Shown here: piece after piece, positions 27,943 to 32,000 of the stretch | Numbering within the stretch: position 1 is the stretch's first letter | Layout of the letters: each line of letters opens with the position of its first letter | Assembly (NCBI RefSeq): GCF_000175255.2 | Contig: NC_017262.1 | Span: 540,001-572,000, forward strand | Source: Zymomonas mobilis subsp. mobilis ATCC 10988 | Lineage (GTDB): Bacteria; Pseudomonadota; Alphaproteobacteria; Sphingomonadales; Sphingomonadaceae | Length of the DNA stretch: 32,000 nucleotides | Direction: 5' to 3' | Position numbers and translations under genes: made by a program | The notes under the pieces: model-generated | Database searches by the model: none | The model's input: only the letters and a program-made list of their open reading frames with translations | What the model was told of the DNA's origin: nothing

Positions 27943-30711
27943 ATGGCAAAAAATTTTGCCGCTTCCGATTTCGCCGTTTCCATCCAGAATCTGACTCATC
28001 ATTATGGCGATAACGAAGCCTTGCATCAGATTGATCTGGATCTGCCAGCCGGTCAAACTATCGGCTTGGTCGGGCCCGATGGCGTAGGCAAATCGACACT
28101 GCTTGGTATTATTTCGGGGGTAAAACGCCTTCAATCCGGAAAAGTCACCACACTTGATGCGGATATAGGACAAAAAAAACAACGCGAAGCCGTTCTGCCT
28201 CGGGTTGCTTTCATGCCGCAAGGTTTGGGGCATAACCTCTATCCGACTTTGTCAGTACAGGAAAATATCGACTTTTTCGCAAGACTGTTCGGTCTCGATG
28301 CCGAATATCGGAAAACTCGTATTGCCCAGCTTTTGGAAGCGACCAGCCTCGCCCCTTTCTTTGATCGTCCGGCCGGAAAATTATCCGGTGGTATGAAGCA
28401 AAAGGTTAGCCTCTGCTGCGCTCTTGTCCATAATCCCGATTTGCTTATTCTCGACGAACCGACCACCGGCGTGGATCCTCTGTCGCGGCAACAATTCTGG
28501 GAATTGGTCGATGCCTTACAAGCCGGTAATCCCTCGATGACGGTAATTGTCTCCACTGCTTATATGGAGGAGGCGGCTCGTTTTTCATGGCTGGTTGCCA
28601 TGGATGACGGGAAAGTTTTGGCAAATGGCAAAACGACAGATATTCTAAAACAAACCGGCCAAGATACGGTTGAAAAAGCCTATATCTCTCTTCTGCCAGA
28701 AGAAAAACGTACCCAAGCCAGCGGTTTTTCAATTCCTCCCTATAAAAATACCGATCCAGAACCCGCTATCGAGGCCAATAACCTCACTTGTCGTTTTGGC
28801 TCTTTTACAGCGGTAGATAATGTCAGCTTTCGTATTGGTCGAGGCGAGATTTTCGGCTTTCTTGGTTCCAATGGCTGCGGCAAATCGACAACGATGAAAA
28901 TGCTGACGGGTCTGCTGGACGCGACTAGCGGTACGGCCAAATTATTCGGCAAGCCAGTCTCTGCGGGGGATCTCAATACACGTATGCGGATTGGCTATAT
29001 GTCACAGGCCTTTTCGCTTTATGAAGAATTGACGGTCAAACAAAATCTGGTGCTGCAATCGCGCCTTTATCGGGCAACTGAAAAAGAAACCGAACAACGT
29101 GTTGATGATGCGCTGGATAATTTTGAATTACGCCCCTTTGCCGATATCAGTCCGGCTGATCTCCCTTTGGGTATCCGGCAACGTTTGCAGCTTGCCGCTG
29201 CTTGTATCAATACCCCTGATATTCTCATTCTTGACGAACCGACCTCGGGCGTTGATCCGGCCGCGCGAGATATGTTCTGGCATCATCTGATCGATCTTTC
29301 CCGTAACAAGCATGTAACCATTTTCGTCTCAACCCATTTCATGAATGAAGCGGCCTGTTGTGACCGTATTTCCCTGATGCATCGCGGCCATGTGCTGGCG
29401 GTTGGCACACCAGATGAATTGATGAAAAAGCGGGGAGAAAAATCACTCGAAGCCGCGTTTATCGACTATCTCCAAGACCAAATGTCACAAGACAAAGATA
29501 ACCGTGACAACCAGACCTCTTCCTCGAATGTCTCTCTTGAGAATATTTCGGATAATAAAAAAAAGGCGACGCCATCGCCTCTCTGGCATTGGTTGTCTTA
29601 TGTCTGGGCTTTTGCAAGGCGCGAAAGCCTTGAACTATTAAGGGATAAATTACGCCTGACCTTTGCGGTTGCAGGGCCCATTATCCTGCTTTTGGTCTCG
29701 GCCTATAGTATTTCCTTTGATATCAATAAAATCAGCTTCACCGTCTGCGACCAAGATCAAAGTAACGAAAGCCGCAGCTTGGTCAAAACCTTCCAAGGCT
29801 CATCCTATTTCACAGAAAAAGCGGCCTCTTCCAGTATCGCTGAAATGAACAAACGCCTTAGTGATGGGACAGCACAGATGACACTTGATATTCCCGCCGG
29901 TTTCGGTCGGGATATCGAGGCCGGTCGCCATCCCTCTCTCGGTATCGGGATCAGCGGTGCGATGCCTTTTCTTGGGGCAAATATTCAATCCTATGCCACG
30001 AATGCCCTGTTACAATATGCCCAATTATCGGCACAGGGATTAACGCATAATGCGCCTTCTTCGCTGCCTTTTTCGATTGAACCCCGCTTTGTCTATAATC
30101 AGGAATTTCTTAGCATTTATACGATGGTGCCAGATACCATCATGCTGGCCTTAATTCTGATCCCGACCATGCTGACGGCGCTTGGCGTCGTTCGGGAAAA
30201 AGAAATTGGTTCAATTATCAATCTCTATGCCTCTCCGGCTTCAACCCGACAATATCTTATCGGGAAACAGCTTCCCTATGTTGCTATTGCGATGCTGGCC
30301 TATCTCTCGCTGGTGGTGCTGTCAGTCACGATTTTAGGCGTTCCTTTGAAGGGGTCTTTTTTGGCACTTTCCCTAGGCGCATTGCTCTATAATCTTGCTG
30401 CAACCGGCCTCGGCCTTTTGATCTCGACTTTTGTCAGCTCCCAAGTCGCGGCGATTTTCGGAACGGCCATTTTGTGCCTCATTCCGGCAGTCAATTTTTC
30501 GGGGCTGCTATACCCTGTTTCAACATTAACGGGCATTTCCTATCATGTTGGACGTTGTTTTCCGGCATCATGGTTCCAGCTAATCAGTCTTGGCAGTTTT
30601 ACCAAGGGTCTTGGTTTTACGGCCTTTTTGACGATGTATGGGGCTTTGACGGGATTTGCCCTTCTCTATCTCGCCCTTGCCTGTGTCCTCCTTCGGAAAC
30701 AGGAGCTATAA
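27943..30711 (+). CDS. RbbA-like fused ABC transporter: two ATPase domains plus ABC-2 permease domain
   Basis: Start at MAKNFAASD (27943). NBD1 GPDGVGKST/LSGGMKQK/LLILDEPT. NBD2 GSNGCGKST/LPLGIRQR/ILILDEPTSGVDP. C-terminal ABC-2 membrane domain. Confidence 0.9.
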   Translation: MAKNFAASDFAVSIQNLTHHYGDNEALHQIDLDLPAGQTIGLVGPDGVGKSTLLGIISGVKRLQSGKVTTLDADIGQKKQREAVLPRVAFMPQGLGHNLYPTLSVQENIDFFARLFGLDAEYRKTRIAQLLEATSLAPFFDRPAGKLSGGMKQKVSLCCALVHNPDLLILDEPTTGVDPLSRQQFWELVDALQAGNPSMTVIVSTAYMEEAARFSWLVAMDDGKVLANGKTTDILKQTGQDTVEKAYISLLPEEKRTQASGFSIPPYKNTDPEPAIEANNLTCRFGSFTAVDNVSFRIGRGEIFGFLGSNGCGKSTTMKMLTGLLDATSGTAKLFGKPVSAGDLNTRMRIGYMSQAFSLYEELTVKQNLVLQSRLYRATEKETEQRVDDALDNFELRPFADISPADLPLGIRQRLQLAAACINTPDILILDEPTSGVDPAARDMFWHHLIDLSRNKHVTIFVSTHFMNEAACCDRISLMHRGHVLAVGTPDELMKKRGEKSLEAAFIDYLQDQMSQDKDNRDNQTSSSNVSLENISDNKKKATPSPLWHWLSYVWAFARRESLELLRDKLRLTFAVAGPIILLLVSAYSISFDINKISFTVCDQDQSNESRSLVKTFQGSSYFTEKAASSSIAEMNKRLSDGTAQMTLDIPAGFGRDIEAGRHPSLGIGISGAMPFLGANIQSYATNALLQYAQLSAQGLTHNAPSSLPFSIEPRFVYNQEFLSIYTMVPDTIMLALILIPTMLTALGVVREKEIGSIINLYASPASTRQYLIGKQLPYVAIAMLAYLSLVVLSVTILGVPLKGSFLALSLGALLYNLAATGLGLLISTFVSSQVAAIFGTAILCLIPAVNFSGLLYPVSTLTGISYHVGRCFPASWFQLISLGSFTKGLGFTAFLTMYGALTGFALLYLALACVLLRKQEL

Positions 30712-30714
30712 AAG

Positions 30715-31842
30715 ATGAGACGTTGGCTAATCAATGTCGCGCTTTTATGCGCCAAAGAATTCAGAAGCCTTCTTTGCGATAAGGTTCTGATTGCCCTGAT
30801 CGTCTTTGCGTTTACAGGCGGCGTTCTGGCCGTTGCCGATGGCGTCAAAGTCGAGGTTTCAAACGCCACAGTGGCGTTTATTGACCATGACCATTCGACA
30901 CTCTCAAACCGATTGCGGGATGCTATTTTGCAACCCTATTTCAAACCGCCGGTTTTGACCAATACGCAACAAGCCGAAGATGGAATGGATAAAGGCGACT
31001 ATATTTTCGCCATTGATATTCCGCCTAATTTCGAAAGAGATGTTCTCGCAGGACGAGAACCTTCTTTGCAAATCCGCGTTGATGCCACGGCAATGACACA
31101 GGCTGGATTAGGCACGGTCTATCTAACCGAAATTTTCTATCGCGAGATAAAAGCTGCTATTCCGCTGTCTTCGGCTACCTCGGCTTTACCCTTCCAAATC
31201 GACAGCCGGATTTACTTTAACCCCAATACCGAATCCTATCCTTTTATGTCGGTGATGCAGATCGTCACGAACATAACGATGCTTTCGATTATTCTCGTCG
31301 GGGCAGCCGTTATCCGTGAAAAAGAACATGGCACTATTGAACATCTGTTGGTTTTGCCTGTCAGCCCCAGCGAAATCGCTATGGCTAAAATTATCGCGAA
31401 TGGCTGGGCTATTTTTATAGCCTCGATGCTGTCGCTCTGGCTGGTGGTGCATCTCTGGCTCGGGGTTCAATTATCAGGGTCTATCCTGCTTTTTGCGGTT
31501 TGCACTCTGCTTTATCTATTCTCGGTAACGGCCTTGGGGATTATGCTAGCCACAGTTGCCCCAACCATGCCGCAATTCGGTTTGTTGGTCGTGCCGGTTT
31601 ACGCTGTTGCTTATCTTTTATCCGGTGCGGCGACGCCGGTCGAAAATATGCCGACCTCAATACAACATGCGGTCTATTTTCTGCCAACAACTCAATTCGT
31701 TAATATTGCACAGGCCATTCTTTATCGTGGGGCTGGTTTTGATGCCATTACCCAACCATTGGTCATCATTATCGCCGCCGGAATCCTGTTTCTTGCTTTC
31801 GCCCTTATCCGTTTCCGTTCTATGCTCACGAGCCAGTCCTGA
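30715..31842 (+). CDS. ABC-2 type permease
   Basis: 375 aa. N-terminal TM, large periplasmic loop, EKEHGTIEHLLVLPVSPSEI motif typical of the YhhJ/YbhR-like group. Confidence 0.9.
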   Translation: MRRWLINVALLCAKEFRSLLCDKVLIALIVFAFTGGVLAVADGVKVEVSNATVAFIDHDHSTLSNRLRDAILQPYFKPPVLTNTQQAEDGMDKGDYIFAIDIPPNFERDVLAGREPSLQIRVDATAMTQAGLGTVYLTEIFYREIKAAIPLSSATSALPFQIDSRIYFNPNTESYPFMSVMQIVTNITMLSIILVGAAVIREKEHGTIEHLLVLPVSPSEIAMAKIIANGWAIFIASMLSLWLVVHLWLGVQLSGSILLFAVCTLLYLFSVTALGIMLATVAPTMPQFGLLVVPVYAVAYLLSGAATPVENMPTSIQHAVYFLPTTQFVNIAQAILYRGAGFDAITQPLVIIIAAGILFLAFALIRFRSMLTSQS

Positions 31843-32000
31843 TGAAATTGACTTTTATCAAAAAAACATCCCTTTATTCGGGATTCATCGCCACCCTGAT
31901 ACTGGCTGCCTGTTCACCGTTTAAAACGCCAGTGCCACCTTCACAGGTAGCGGTGCCTTCACAATTCGCGCAAGCCGCTGCGGGACAGGCCAGCGATATA
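31842..32000 (+). CDS. N-terminus of an outer-membrane efflux lipoprotein (NodT/OprM-like), truncated by the window
   Basis: ATGA overlap with the permease. Lipoprotein signal MKLTFIKKTSLYSGFIATLILAAC-S then PPSQVAVPSQFAQAAAGQ. Position after an MFP/ABC operon. Not in the ORF track. Confidence 0.6.
   Translation, partial: MKLTFIKKTSLYSGFIATLILAACSPFKTPVPPSQVAVPSQFAQAAAGQASDI

Noticed and set aside
27943-30711. Double-ATPase plus permease fusion as a novel protein architecture
   Set aside because: This arrangement matches the known RbbA-type family, so the fusion itself is not new. Only substrate and regulation remain open.
1-32000. Possible defence island, prophage, transposon, toxin-antitoxin or biosynthetic cluster
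   Set aside because: No integrase, transposase, phage, restriction, retron, CRISPR, TA or NRPS/PKS signatures were seen on either strand. Nearly all long ORFs are housekeeping genes.

Overview
The window looks like an ordinary chromosomal segment of an alphaproteobacterium. Protein character, gene neighbourhoods and base composition suggest Zymomonas or a related Sphingomonadales member (inference, no database was searched). The left end (minus strand) is a division/cell-wall cluster: rsmH, ftsL-like, ftsI, murE, murF, mraY, with overlapping gene junctions. Next come a small single-TM protein, cysK, purL, ugd, queD, two small secreted peptides, rmuC, def, recR, fmt, truA, a DUF167 protein, rimO, an M17 aminopeptidase, an NlpC/P60 hydrolase, argC, and a TPR+SPOR protein. 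The right end is a HlyD / RbbA-like double-ABC / ABC-2 permease / outer-membrane-factor export operon, whose last gene is cut by the window edge. I found no CRISPR array, prophage, transposon, rRNA or tRNA. I see no convincing evidence of a new defence or mobile system. The parts most worth a second look are: (a) the ~1.2 kb AT-rich region upstream of rsmH, with a row of hairpins and an unusual 130-codon ORF touching rsmH where mraZ usually sits; (b) the 14.1-14.9 kb locus encoding a Cys/His-rich secreted peptide and a CRDGRG-repeat secreted peptide, with a competing-hairpin leader; (c) a promoter plus palindrome in front of the export operon.
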